Source: Narcine bancroftii
Lineage: Eukaryota
Direction: 5' to 3'
DNA: 64,000 nucleotides
Assembly (NCBI RefSeq): GCF_036971445.1
Contig: NC_091473.1
Span: forward strand, 106,330,001-106,394,000
A model generated the notes under the pieces. The model saw only the letters and a program-made list of their open reading frames with translations. It made no database searches and was not told the origin of the DNA. Position numbers and translations under genes: made by a program. Positions within the stretch are counted from its first letter, which is position 1; each line of letters begins with the position of its first letter. Shown here piece after piece: positions 48,912 to 61,800 of the stretch.

Positions 48912-49480
48912 AGGTTCAAGCTTCAAGATTCCTTTATGTCATGTAATAGTACACAGAACATATGATACTACACAAAATTGTCTTCAGCCTGACATAAGGC
49001 TGACAAAGAGTTGCCAGTAGTGTTGTCTGGCACCCCTTACAGTAAGAGAGAAAGAGAAGCATAAGAGGGTCTTTTCAGGGTCACCAAATTCACCTCCAGT
49101 GCTCTTGCAGCTGTACAGACTCCTGTTGGATTCATCAGCATCATGGGCTCCAGATTCAGACTTTTGACATGTTCAGCACCTAAGGCCTTTCTTCTTCTCT
49201 GCAACCTCTCAAACCTGACTCCAATATCTGGTACCCCTGAACAAATCTCCATCATCACAGACCTCATCCAGGTCCACCAAACTCAAGTCACCCATAGCCT
49301 GTGTGGGTCCCTCACCCACTGATCCCCCCTCGCTGATCTGCTGCCATGGTCACCTTCCCTGTAGTGTCATCTCTCCACTTCTCCTTCTCAATGGTGCCCA
49401 TTTCTGGTGCCCTGCACCAATCCGCTGCTCCCAGGGTTTAGAAACATCATCTGCTCCATTAGCAGTTCTTTTAAAGCATG
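48912..49480 (-). mobile_element. Unclassified repeat, probably a non-LTR element 3' region
   Basis: Starts with aaggttcaagcttcaagattcctttatgtcat, the reverse of a tandem tail plus polyA-like signal like the Rex tails in this window. No protein motif recognised. Confidence 0.35.
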
Positions 49481-51719
49481 TACAGAGCATTAGGACCAGG
49501 CAGTTGAATCTTTTGGAGCAGCATTGTGTCTCCACACTCAGCTCTCACGGATCTGCACCAATGGCAGCGCTGCCTGGGTGTAGCATAGAGGGCCATGTGA
49601 CCCTTCCAGTGGGAACCTAGTTGGACATCACCACACCTGCCATTCAATGTCAATCCCACCTAGAGGTGAGCACAAGCCTTGCAATTGGCTCCTTTGAATG
49701 TATACACATCTCGCCACTGGCTCCCTTAATTGTCAGTCCTATTTTGGGCATACATGAGCTGGCCCCTCCAGCCAGCTGCTGTATAAAGTCCAAGATATGG
49801 AGCAGCTCATTCTCTTTTCCCCTGGGAATGAACCCAAGCTCCATTCCAGGTTAAGAGCTATGGGCGACACTAGAGAGCCAATTGCAAGGTGTCTGCTGGT
49901 CAAGGGTTGGGGCTTATTGAGGTGCATACCTAGAATCCCGAATGTGCCTGTTTTGCAACAATCACTGTAAATACTTTTCCTAACTAATCAGGGTGCCATG
50001 CCTGCACAAGATTGAGGGGTAGCAGGTACCATTTGTTGTGGCTTTTCACCATATTTAACTATCCACAACTAGCAGTGAATGCTGGTTGTTAGTTGTGTCC
50101 AATGTGAGTGTCTTGTGAGCAGCTTGTCGGTGTGTGTGTGTGTGTGTGTGTGCGCACGCACGCACGCATGCGTGTCTGTGTTTGTTTGTGTGATCCCTGT
50201 AACAACTCCTCTTGCAGGTAAATAAAGATCTTTGCTTCGAATTGTGCTCAAATTCCATTGGTTCTCGGACCTTCTGAACTTGTATCCCTCAACATATTTG
50301 GCACTGTGAGCAGGGTAAGGCGTCTCAGCTGAGCACACATCCATGGGAGATGTTTTGGAATTGTAAAGGGGTCCACTCTCCATAAGGATAATGTCCCAGG
50401 GTGGACTAACAACAGTGTGAGGTTTGATAGGCTAGCGAGGCTTCTGGCTAGACACAGTAGACCAGTAGACTGACCTGATCACTTAGACCACCGCAAGGAG
50501 AAAAGTGGACACTGTGTGGGGTCCCTCCTCAAGAAATTGGGGTTCCCAGGAAGTAAGGGGAGCCAGAGGATTTCTCTTTCACTGCTGTCAGCCCTTCTGA
50601 AGCATCAGCATGAGTTCGAGAAACAAAGAGAACAGGAAATTGCCCATTTAAAAGGGTAGTGAAGCATTGTTCCACCAGGGCACAGAATCTGAATAGAAAG
50701 AGAAAGAAATAGGGTGCATGCCACACCATGATATGGCAAGGGCATGGGGGCATTTGGATAGACAGCAATGAGAGTGAGGATGCTGAACAATGCTGCACAC
50801 ATCCTTCCCACTATGCACCTGATCCCCTGTATGACAGACCAATGGCCACGTGATCTCTGACCCAACATGGAGATACCCTACCAGCCCATATGTATGGGGA
50901 AAGGGAGGAGGGTTGGGAAGCTGTGGGTAACCAAGCCTATGGCCCTTGATAGATCACCAAAATCAGGGAGTATTCAGCCAAAGAGCTGAGTGGATTGGGG
51001 AATCACTATAGGCAATGGTCGGGAGAGACCCTGGCCATGTGGCTGAGGGTGGTGCTTGGGTGAGACTGTCCCATAGGGAAGCAGGCATCCTTGTGGGGCA
51101 ATCTCACTAACAGGCAGTAAACAATGTCCTGCATGTGCCATCAGAGGCATTTGGGCAAGGCACATCCCTTTGGGATCGTCTGATAGTGGTGGTCCAGGCC
51201 ATGTACCCCTTCCTGTTAGAATGTGATCTGCAGTCCTGGGCAGAGTGGAGCACAGTAGATGAATTGATGAGAGCCATCAGGGAGTGGGCTTTGATCATTG
51301 GGCTCTACTAGGGCTCCTTGACCACGACTTTCCTGACAGCTCCTGGGTCACCCCTACGCTAGTCTTAGTGACCACTGTTTGCTCCAGCCAGGAGGACAGA
51401 GAGAAGCCATTCACCTGCTGGAGGGAATTGTTTACATGGAGCACAGAGCCCCTGACTGAGTCCACAAAGTGGAAATAAGCCAGTGGACCAGACCCTCCAA
51501 GGGTCTATCCGTGGAGCTATTGTATAGGCTTGTAAGCACCGGAACCAAATAAATGGGATCTCCACTTCCTATCTCTACACGTTTTGGAAAGAGCAGTGGG
51601 GAGGGAAGCCAGGAGAAGAGGCCTCCACTCCCAAAGGCATGGGTTCACCTTGCCTGCCCTCAGCCCCTTCCCAAACCCTCCCCCACCCATGGACTCACTG
51701 CTGAAATGACAAATTACAT

Positions 51720-52215
51720 AGAATGTCAAAGATAATTGTTTAATAAAAGATAATGGAGAGAATCTTGGGAATTATCATTCAGTGAGACTTACATCAATGG
51801 TCTGCAAACTAGAACCTTCGGCCCTCAATGTTGTGTTGACCTATATATACACTATTGGAGAAGATTCTTAAGGATAGGATCTATGAGCATTGCAGAAGTA
51901 CTGTCTAGTGAAGGATAGTCAGCATGGCTTTGTGAAGGGAGGGTCATGCCTCACGAGCAGGGTAGCCAGTGCAGGAATAGCAAACGCCAGAGGACATATG
52001 TACAAAATGAAGGGAGGGAAGTTTAGGGGAGACATCAGGGTTATTTTTTTATGCAGAGAGTTGTGGGTGCCTGAAATACCTTGCCAGAGATGGTGGTGGA
52101 AGCTGAAACATTAGGGCCATTTAAGAGACTCTTAGACAGGCACATGGATGGAAGAAGAATAGAGGATTACAGGATTATAAGGTTCAGTCTGTACTATGCT
52201 GTATTGTTCTATGTG
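51720..52215 (+). mobile_element. CR1 fragments inside the ERV
   Basis: SQHGFVKGGSCLT, RGHMYKMKGGKFRGD and the tail atgctgtattgttctatg. Confidence 0.75.
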
Positions 52216-53026
52216 GCCTAGATGCAGCTGCAGCAGGGGTTCACCACGGGGTGGTGAGCCTCCACTCTGCTGACATAAAGGTATAGCCATGGCTCCCATT
52301 GAGTTTATTCAGCAGCCCTTTCCTGACCGGGAGGCCTGAGGCCCTATATCCCCATTGCAGTACATTGGGAATATTCAGAGATGTATGGAACACACCATTA
52401 TTCCCAGTAACCACACTACAGGCCGCCATCAAGGGATTAGAGCAGTCTACCATCCCCACTAGGGAAGTCACCCACTGAGTGCCCATTGGTGCTGAGCGAT
52501 CAATAATAAATCAATCAATAATTGTCCTGATCGTAGCATCCTCAGAGTGCATCCAAGCGATGAACATACTCAATGGTCAGTCCCTATAGACAATCAGGGG
52601 AAAATTTACTTTCAAAGTGGCCTGTGCCTCAATAGTGGTCAGGGTGGCCTAGTGGGTACTAATTGTGGTCCCACTCCTGTCAAGAGTAGTTAGCGATTTG
52701 CAATATCGAGTGCCTGGGGGAACCAAGGAAATAAGGGAGTCCATAGATGCCTTGTTGCAGGAGAGGGGTCATATGACCTGCTGTGTCCCAATACAACAAC
52801 CCAGTGTGACCTGTGCAAAAATTAATGGCACATAGTGCATGACTATTGACTACTGGCAGTTGATCCCCTACCTCATTGCAGCAGTCTCCGATATAGTGAT
52901 ATGGGGGACAGGAGGTATGATGTAGAGGACTTGGTAAATGCTTTCTCCATCCCCCTCAGCCCTGAGTCACAGGACCAATTCACTTTCACCTGGGAGGGAC
53001 ACCAGTACACCTTTTGCTGTCTGCCC

Positions 53027-53125
53027 TGTTCATTATTATCTGCTTAATAACAAGTCGAGTCGATGGTGAGGTAAACTAAAGACTTTACTGAACACAACCA
53101 AACATTCTAGACATGGTACAGAGAA

Positions 53126-53192
<67 letters not shown>

Positions 53193-56100
53193 ACAGCGTG
53201 GCACCTGCTCCCTGCCAAAATACTCAATTCAATTAACGCATCCTCGTGGTGCTCGCACATGCATAACGCACTGATGAGAGTACAGTGGCAGCAATACAAT
53301 TGCAGCGGGTTCAGAGCAGCTGATGGCAACGACTGTCTACATTCCCTTTCTTGAGCAACCCCCCAGATGTCATAGTGAATATATACCTTTCACTAGTGCA
53401 ACAATATATACATTCAACCCAGTTCAGACTCAGTATTTTGGGTTGGGCTTACAGACATGCCCAGCACGTGTCTTGTAATAGCCCTCTGCTGATGTGGAAG
53501 CTTGGGACACCTTGTCCTGATTGCCTTTACTGACCATAGTCTCAGGGTTATCATCCATCCCCTCTCCTGTGGTTACCGGGGCGGTGGGGGCTCGTCAATC
53601 CCAGGCTCACATTCCAAATCCACAAATGCCAATTTGTCTGCGCTGGTTTTTCATGGGGGTGGCCCTCTTACTGGGAGGATGTGTCATCTGTTCCTCCTGT
53701 ATACTTTCCCCTTTGACTGACCCAGGTATGACCTGGGTTCTTGGCAGCTCATTTCTACTATACCCGGGCAGTCATAACCTTGTGAAGTATGCAGACTTAT
53801 GGTCAATGGCACGAGTGGTCAGCTGGTTTTGTGGTAACTTTTTTTTTGTGCCAGCCTTCTTTTTAGCAGCTAGGCCTTGACATCTTGCGTGCCTTTTGCT
53901 TGGAGCTCCAGAAGTCTCCTTGTCACTGGTAGGGTAGTCCTGGTCTGCCTCAACATTAACTGTTGCACTGGTGAGCCCAGGGTGGCGTCGCAAGGGACGT
54001 TTGTTAAGTTCAGTAGGTGAGGAAGATGTCTGTGGATATCTCTCTGTGGAACTTCTCCATTAGCTGCTTGGCATTTCTCACCAGTCTTTCAGCCAACAGT
54101 TTGATTGTGAATACTCTGGGATGCGGATGAAGTCTCATGCTGTTGCAAAGTCACAGAACCTCTGGCTGGTGAACTGTCTGCCATTGTCCAAGAGAAGTGT
54201 GTGAGGTGCCCCATGTACCAAAAAGTGCCATTTTAATTTGGTGATGACACCCACAGAAATTGTGTCCCGGAGCAGGTCTATCTCAGACTAGCCTGAATAT
54301 GAGTCTATTAGTACTAGGTACTTCTGGCTCCACCATTCAAAGATGTTGGTAGGGATGGTCAACCAGGGTAGGTCAGGTACTGGGTGTAGCTACAGTGGCT
54401 TTCTGCTGGTGTGGCTTGGTAGTGTTACACACCGACCAGGACTACACCTCTTCATTTATGTTCTCTGTCATTCCTGGTCAGAAGACACTGTTCCTTGCTC
54501 TGCATCTCTGCTCTGCCCTCTGTGCAGGATCTTCATGTATGTATTCTGTCGTGTGCTGGGGATGACTGCCATTTGGCCCTTCATGATTACCCCTTCATCA
54601 ATAAGCAGTTCATTGTGGTAAGCAAAGAAGGGTTGCTCCGTTGGTGGCAGGCTTGGCCGGCCAGTCTCCCTTAAAGGTGCCCAAGGTGTTAATGGTTCCA
54701 TACCCTGCCGTGTGCTTTCTTAGTTCATCCAGTTAGGCCAAGGATATACGAGTTACCATCATCACATCAAAAGTGTCCTCTTCCTTGACCTGCTGGACCG
54801 TGGATTTGCCATATTTGTGTACTAGGGTAATGTGGTATTTTTGGAGCCTGAGTATCATACACTGCAGTCTTGCCAGTGCTGCATGAATTGGCTTATTTAT
54901 TATGGTCACGTGAGGTAAGTGGTCAGTTTCTATGATGACCAGCCTGCCATAGACATAGTCATTGAATTTTGAGCAGGTGAAAACCACCTTCAATACCTCT
55001 TTTTCAATCTGAGCATACCTTGTTCCTATGTCAATAAGTGACCTGGAAGTGAATGCCACTGGTCTTCCATATTGAAGGCATACTTCCCCTAGGTCGTACT
55101 ATGAGGCATCACTGGTTAGCTTCACCAGTCTACATCCATCGTAGGAGATGAGGACTGGAGGGCAGGACAAGTGTTTCTTTAGGGCATCACAGGCATTTTA
55201 TTGTTGTTCACACCAGGTCCATTCGGCATCTCTATGGGTCAACTGTCTGACTGGGTCTGTCAGCTCACTGGAGTTGGGGATGAACTTGCCCCAGTAGTTC
55301 ACCATGCCCAGGAACTGTTGCAGAGCAACCATGTCCACTGGCACCAGCATTTCACTGATGGCCTTCGTTTTGAAAGGGTCTGCCTTCAAGCCATTGCTGG
55401 TGAACACGAGGCCCACATAGCTGACTTGATTTAGGTGGAACCTGCATTTGTAGGGGTTGAGCTGCAGGTTTACTTCCTGTGCCTGGTCGAGCACCTTCCT
55501 TAGGTTGGTGTTGTGGCTTTCTTGTGTTTTGCCACCTACTAGTATGTCGTATACTATGATAACACAGGGATATCTGGCGAAAATTTGTTCTATGGACCTT
55601 TGGAACACCTCACTAGCCGAATGGATGCCAAATAACATCCTCAGGAACCTATACTGACCAAATGCAGTGCTGAACGTGGTCAGTAACAACAAGGAGTAGT
55701 CAAGAGAGACCTGCCAGAACAAGTTCTTTGCATCCAGGACTGAGAATACCATTGCACCAGCCATCTGTGCAGCAACTTCCTCTACATTGTGCATGGGGTG
55801 ATGTGGTCTTTTCAGGGTTGTGTTGAGGTCTCATGGATTTATACAAATTCGGATCCCCTGTCTGTCATTTCACTTGGCAGCCACTATGGAGGACACTCAT
55901 TCGGTTGGTTCTGAGACAGGAGTGATGATGTGCAAGTCCTGCATTCTGTCCAGCTCGATCTTGACCTTATCCTTCATTACTACTGGAATACAGTGCACTG
56001 CCAGACTACAGGTCTTACCTCTAGGTCGATCCGCATAGAGTATGTCACTGGCAGCCTCCCCGGCTCATCTTTGAAAAGTTCGCTGTACTCTGAAAAAAAT

Positions 56101-56896
56101 TTCTGTGAGAAGTCGTCCTTGGAGGGACTTATCTGATGGACCTCCATGCTGAAGGAAACAAGCCCCATGTCCAGGCCTAGCAGAGGAATGAGTTCCTCAC
56201 GGACCACTAAGAAGGTTAGCTCTTGGAGCTGTCCTTGTACGAAACACTGCAGCCTTTAGTCTGGATTTTGCTGCCTTCGTAAGGCCCTAGGCTTGTAGAC
56301 GATGCACAGTTTGACTTGTTCCATTTTTCTCAACCAGTTAAATGTCTTCAGTGACATGACATTTCATTTGGCCCCAGTGTTGACTTTCATCTTCATCATC
56401 TTGCTATTGAATACCATGGATACGAAGGCCTCATTGTTACCTTTAAACATTTGGAGTCCTCTTTTGACTCAGCCAAGCTGGTAACAAGGTTCCCATCTTG
56501 TACTTCACCCACGTATACAAACAACCTTTCCTTTTCAATGGCTTCCGGGCCTGCCAAATTTAACAGAATGTACACCCTGGTGTGGGCAGACTTGTCGCTA
56601 TGTGCTGCTGCTATAAATATGTTGTATTCCTGATTGAAAATGCACCAGTTCTCAGCTACATTTCCATCAAACGTAAGTGGGTTGGGCCGTCTGAATCAGT
56701 CCGCCATGATGGTGACTGTGTAAAACGTGATTGTGGTTACTCACTGTGACTGATTTACGATTGGAAGGCTTCAGGCTTGGGATGCACTTGATCCCACTTC
56801 TGATACCACATTTGTTATTGTGTGCTTAATAATGAGTTGAGTTGACAATAAGGTAAACTATACAAAAGACTTTATTGAACACATGCTAAACATAGT

Positions 56897-56963
<67 letters not shown>

Positions 56964-57110
56964 ACAGCATGGCGTCTTCTCCCTGTCAATACTTGATTTG
57001 ACTAACGCACCCTTGCGGTGCTTGCACATGCGCAGTGTGTTGTTGCGAGTTCGGTGACTGTAATGCAATTGCAGCAGGTGCAGAGCAGCCAATGGCAGCA
57101 GCTGTCGACA
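53027..57110 (-). mobile_element. Ty3/Gypsy LTR retrotransposon (internally deleted) inserted in the ERV RT
   Basis: 5-bp TSD TGCCC at 53022-53026 and 57111-57115. LTRs at 53027-53341 and ~56809-57110. PBS (reverse complement of 56791-56808, TGGTATCAGAAGTGGGAT) is tRNA-Leu(CAA)-like. PPT next to 53342. RT motifs FSVLDAKNLFWQ and LQQFLGMVNY, RNase H motif RYAQIEKE, then integrase. Confidence 0.92.
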
Positions 57111-58654
57111 TGCCCCAAGACTACATCCACAGCCCCACACTGTGCCACGATTGACAGCCAGGGTCTTACAAAGTATTAAACTCAATCCTCACGTGTCCCT
57201 AGACCACTAAATAGATGATGTACTTCTACAGGGGCAATCGGAGGAGGCAGTGACACAAGCCCTGGACATGTTAATCACCTCCCCTCAGGCGCAAGGGTGG
57301 ATCATCAAACCTGACAAACTGTAAGACCCCAGTCAGCAGTCATCTTCCTAGGGATCCAGACGGATATCCTGGCCACCACAAAAAATAAAATCCATGGTAT
57401 GACGGTGTCTACAAAAAAGGGTGGTGTGCAATGATTTGTAGGGTTACTAGACTATTAATGCCAGCACATACCACATTTGACCATGTTGACTTCTGTAAAG
57501 CGTCTCCTGAAAGAAGTCCACATTCCAATGGTGTTTGAGATAGCCAAGCAAGCAGAGGAACAAGCACTCCCTCTAGCCCCCCACAAAGTGGGGTGCCATT
57601 TGAGCTGCAAGTCTCTACAACCAACACGGTGGCAGAATAGAGCCTCTGGCAATTGCTGAGGGCCCAATGAGTCCCGCTCAGCTTCTGGACCAGGACACTC
57701 CCTGAGACTGCCAACCACTGTCAAGCCAGTCATACTCAGTCATCATCTCCTCATCATGCTAGGTTAAGTTTGCAGATGCCACCCACAGGGAGGGCTGTGC
57801 CAGATGGTCATCCATTGTCAAATGGAAATGGTACATTGCAGATCGTACTGAGGCAGGACCCAAGAAATTGAGCCACCTTCATAACAGGTCTTATCCCTGT
57901 CCCTCAACAATGGTCCTGACCCTAAAGTGCCCACCATCCACCCTTCCCCCATTATGTGGGGCAAGCCATTTGATAACCTAACCCTGGAGGAGCAGGGCCA
58001 GGTTTGGTTAACTGATGGTACCAGCTGCTGGAAAAGTGGAAAACAGCACTGGAAAGCCACAGTATTCCACTCTACCATGGGAAAAAACCCTTATGCAAGA
58101 TCAAGCAGGGGGATCCAGGCAGCAGATCGAACTGGAGGCTGTGCCTTTAAACCTTAAAGAGACCATCGGGCCCACCCACATCTACACTAATTCCTGGACA
58201 GTAGCCAATGGCGTGGCAGTCTGGTTGGCCCAAGATAGGATGGGAGATTCCCAGTCGACCCATTGGGAATTTATCTGGACGGAAGCACAATGGCAGGAAA
58301 TCATGGTCCATCATGTGGATGCCTACACCTCCTGAGACATCAAGAAGGCCTCCCACAATGCAGCTGTCAACCGAGCTGCACAGATATCCTCAGCGGAAGT
58401 TCATCCTGAGCTGACCAACTCTGGTGCACTGGCGGCCTGGGCACACTACAAAAGTGGGCACCTGGGAGCAGATGGGACTCAGCGATGGGCAGAGGGCCAA
58501 GGGGTGGTCAATAACCCATGATGAGGCCAAGATGGTGGTCAAACCCCAGCGTTGGCCAATAGGTCTCCCAATACACATTCGCAGGGGTACAGGAGGCCAG
58601 ATTTGGCAAATCAACTACATTGAGGAATAAGCAGTGGCTGAAATAAGTGGAGAC

Positions 58655-58797
58655 TTATTTCTTGAAGAAGAGCTCAGGCCCAAAACGTCAGCAATATATC
58701 TTTGCTTTATATGGACATTGAAAGTCCAGTTGAGTTCCTCCAGCATTTTGGTGACTTTTACTACAAACACAGCATCTGCAAACTTTCGTGTTTCACT
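58655..58797 (+). mobile_element. Penelope terminal-repeat fragment inside the ERV
   Basis: cttgaagaagagctcaggcccaaaacgtc...gagttcctccagcattttgg..ttttactaca matches 8081-8180 and 3650-3786. Confidence 0.8.
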
Positions 58798-59452
58798 CAA
58801 TATGCTGTTTATGTCACTTCATAAACCACCCACTGGGGCTGTATTGGTCCTTAGACTGATAAGTGGGATGCTGTGACTTCCAAGGGACAGAATATAGAAT
58901 GGAGGGTTACATGACCCTTCCAGCGGGAACCTAGTCAGAGATCACCACACCTACCAATCAATGTCAAACCCACCCACAGGTGAGTACACACTTTGCAATT
59001 GACTCCTTTGAATGTATACACTCCTTGCCACTGACTCCCTTAATCGCCTACCCTATTTTGGGCATATCCCAGCCAGCCCCTCCAGCTGGCTGCTGTATAA
59101 AGTTCATCATGTGGAGCAGCTAGTTCTCTTTTCCCTGGGGACAAACCTGAGCTCCACTCCAGATTTTGAGCCATGGGTGACGCTGGAGAGTCATTTGCAA
59201 GATGTGTGCTGGCAAAGGGTTGATGGCTTATCAAGGGGATGCTTAGAATCACTATTGTGTCTGCTTTGCAATAATCACTGTAAATACTTTTCCTTACTAA
59301 TTGGGGTGCTGTGCCTGCACCAGATCGTGGGATGGTGGGTACCGTTTGTTGTGTCTTTTCACTGTTTTTAGTTGTCTGTGATTTATACTGAGTCCCAATT
59401 GTCCGTGCACCTAATGTGAGTTAATTGTGAGTACCTTGTCTAAGTGAGAGAG

Positions 59453-59494
<42 letters not shown>

Positions 59495-59527
59495 TGATTC
59501 CCATGGCAACTTCCCCGCGGGTAAATA

Positions 59528-60163
59528 CCATATATTTCGACATATAATTCGACTGGCATATAAGTCGACCCGTATTTTTCAGCCTAATTTTAAGGGTTTT
59601 GTGGTTTATCTGGTATATAAGACAACCAACATTTTTCGGGCGGTCCGGGCCTACCAGGATCAATCCAAAATTTTTCAAAACACCAATTTCAAGTAACAAC
59701 ATTATACTGTAAATTAAGTAAGTTAAAAAAAATCTTGGCCTTCCAGACAGCAACGGCAATGGCCCACAGAGCTGGAGCGGCGACGTCGTGCTCCAGGTGG
59801 GAGCAGAAACCTCAGCCTGCCAGGCAGCAGCGATGGCCCTCGGAGCTGAAGCACCAACATTGTGCTCCCAGCGGGAACAGGAGCCTTGGCCTACCAGGCA
59901 GGAGTGGCGACTGTGATCTCAGGGTCCCAGGTAGGAGCAGTAGTGGTGGTGCCCAACAGTGGGGAGGTGTCCTGGAGCAGCAGTGGGGAGGTGCTTCCAG
60001 CATCGACTTAAAGACCAAATTGACATCAATCTGTTTTTTTTTCACTGAATTTAAGGCCTCAAAAGTATATCTGGCTTATAAGTCAACCCCCCCCCCCCCC
60101 CCATCCCACCTTTGATAAATTTTTTAGGGTTTCATGACTTGACTTGTATGTCTAAATATACAG
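59528..60163. mobile_element. Tc1/pogo (Tigger-like) MITE in the ERV 3' LTR
   Basis: TA duplication at 59526-59527 and 60164-60165. Imperfect TIRs ccatatatttcgacatataa / ttgtatgtctaaatatacag. The LTR sequence resumes correctly after it. Confidence 0.75.
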
Positions 60164-60677
60164 TAAATATCTTTGCCTCAATCAAATTGTGTTCAGGCTC
60201 GTTGCTTCTTGGACTTGTATCCCTCATCACACAAGGATAATGGCAAGAAACCTTTTTATTACAGTGATAACCCAATAGTCTAATTTGTTCCTCCCGTGCA
60301 TTAATAAATTACAATATTGGGACATTTGGTGTATAATATTTTGAAAGTAATCATGTTGTAATTTTTTTTAATAATGCAACATTTAATAAGGTAATGATGA
60401 TGTAAAATACAGAGCTGCAAGGTAAATGATTAGGTGGTAAGATGCAGATCTGGAATCTAGATGATTCAGTAACAGCTAATTAAACATGAAGCCGACTCAA
60501 ATCTGTTTTATGGTATGTGGAATTTCAGTCTCATTATGTGCCAGGTATGAAGGGACTACTTCAGCAAACTACCTGATCTGCTAATTGATCAAAGTCCTTA
60601 AAGTGATAAAGAACAAACTAGCCCAGTAACATGACTACAGTGCTACCATGTTTTACAAATTACTGTGGGAATTTGTT

Positions 60678-61020
60678 CGATTCAGAATTTATTGTCATGA
60701 ACTTGTCATGTTTTGTGGCAGCATCAGAGTGCAAACATTTCTGTAAACCACATTTCAAAATAAAATAGTGCAAGGAAAAGAAAAAGACAAAAAAATGTAG
60801 TACCTGTGATTCATTCAGGAATCTGATGGCAGCGGGGAAGAAGCTGTCCTTGTGCCACTGAGTCCTCGTCTTCAGACTCCTGTACCTTTTTCCCCAATGG
60901 TAGTAGAGTGACGAGGGCATGGCCTAGGTGGTGGGGGTCTTTGAAGATAGAGGCTGCTTTCTTAAGACACTGCCTCTTGTAGATGTTGTTGATGGAGTGA
61001 ATACTGGTGTCTGTGATTTG
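60678..61020 (-). mobile_element. Rex1/Babar LINE 3' end
   Basis: ORF 60660-60920 reads GKRYRSLKTRTQWHKDSFFPAAIRFLN. Confidence 0.85.
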
Positions 61021-61364
61021 CTCCTATAAAAGCAAACATAATCAAACAAAATTGGAGGAAGTATTAATAATATCTCACAATGGAGAACTTAGTTCAGGAA
61101 TTTCTTCTGGGGCGTGGGTAGTTGAATCAGCCAGCTTGATTCTTGATATAATAAAAGGAGGTGGACAGGAAGGATTATTCCATCTGATGGAATAATCTTT
61201 AGTCTATGAGCTGTGTTCACAATTTACTAAATATTGCCGAGGTGCAATTATGCTAGAATCGTCAATAGAAGTCAAGAAGTTTGTCCCTTGCTGGGTTCAT
61301 AACCTGGAACCCCAAAGGCCAAAAGTCTGCACACTGTCATATAGGTTGTCCAATAATGTATGCA

Positions 61365-61800
61365 ATTACATAGAGTCAGGCAATACAGACAGGCCCTACT
61401 CATCCATGCCAACCATGCTGTCATTCTGAGCTAGTTCCCAATTGCCTGCATTTGGTCCATATCCTTCTGAGTCTTTCCTATCCAGGACTATCCAAATGTC
61501 TTTTGAAAGTCGATTTTCTCTGGCAGCTTGTCAAAGATTTGGACCATCCTCTGAGAAAACATTTTGTCCTACAGATCCCTCTTAAATATCTCAGATCTCA
61601 CTTTAAACCTACGCCCTATAGTTCTAGAATTATCTACACTGTCAGCATTCATTCCACCTATGCCACTGATAACTTTATAAACCTCTATAAACCACTCAAG
61701 CTACTATGTCTCAGGAATAAGGACCAATCTCTCCAATCTCTCCCTATAACACAACCTCCTCCATTCCTGACAACACCCTGGTGAATCTCTGCTTCCCATC
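61365..61800 (-). mobile_element. CR1-clade 3' end fragment
   Basis: Minus strand carries FKRHLD and FKGDL motifs and the gggcctgtctgtattg tail. Confidence 0.7.

Larger units (their letters stand above)
49596..60231 (+). mobile_element. Decayed class III (ERV-S/ERV-L-like) endogenous retrovirus
   Basis: Homologous LTRs at 49596-50294 and ~58909-60231. PBS TGGCACTGTGAGCAGGGT at 50299-50316. RT motifs QYRVPGG, SQDQFTFTWEG.QYTF, LPQDYIHSPTLCH and H*IDDVLL. RNase H motifs WLTDG, IYTNSWTVANG and HVDAY. Integrase remnant WQINYI. Purine tract before the 3' LTR. Confidence 0.85.

Noticed and set aside
58797-58908. env gene of the ERV
   Set aside because: Only ~110 bp lie between the Penelope insert and the 3' LTR, so there is no room for env and no motif for it in this copy.
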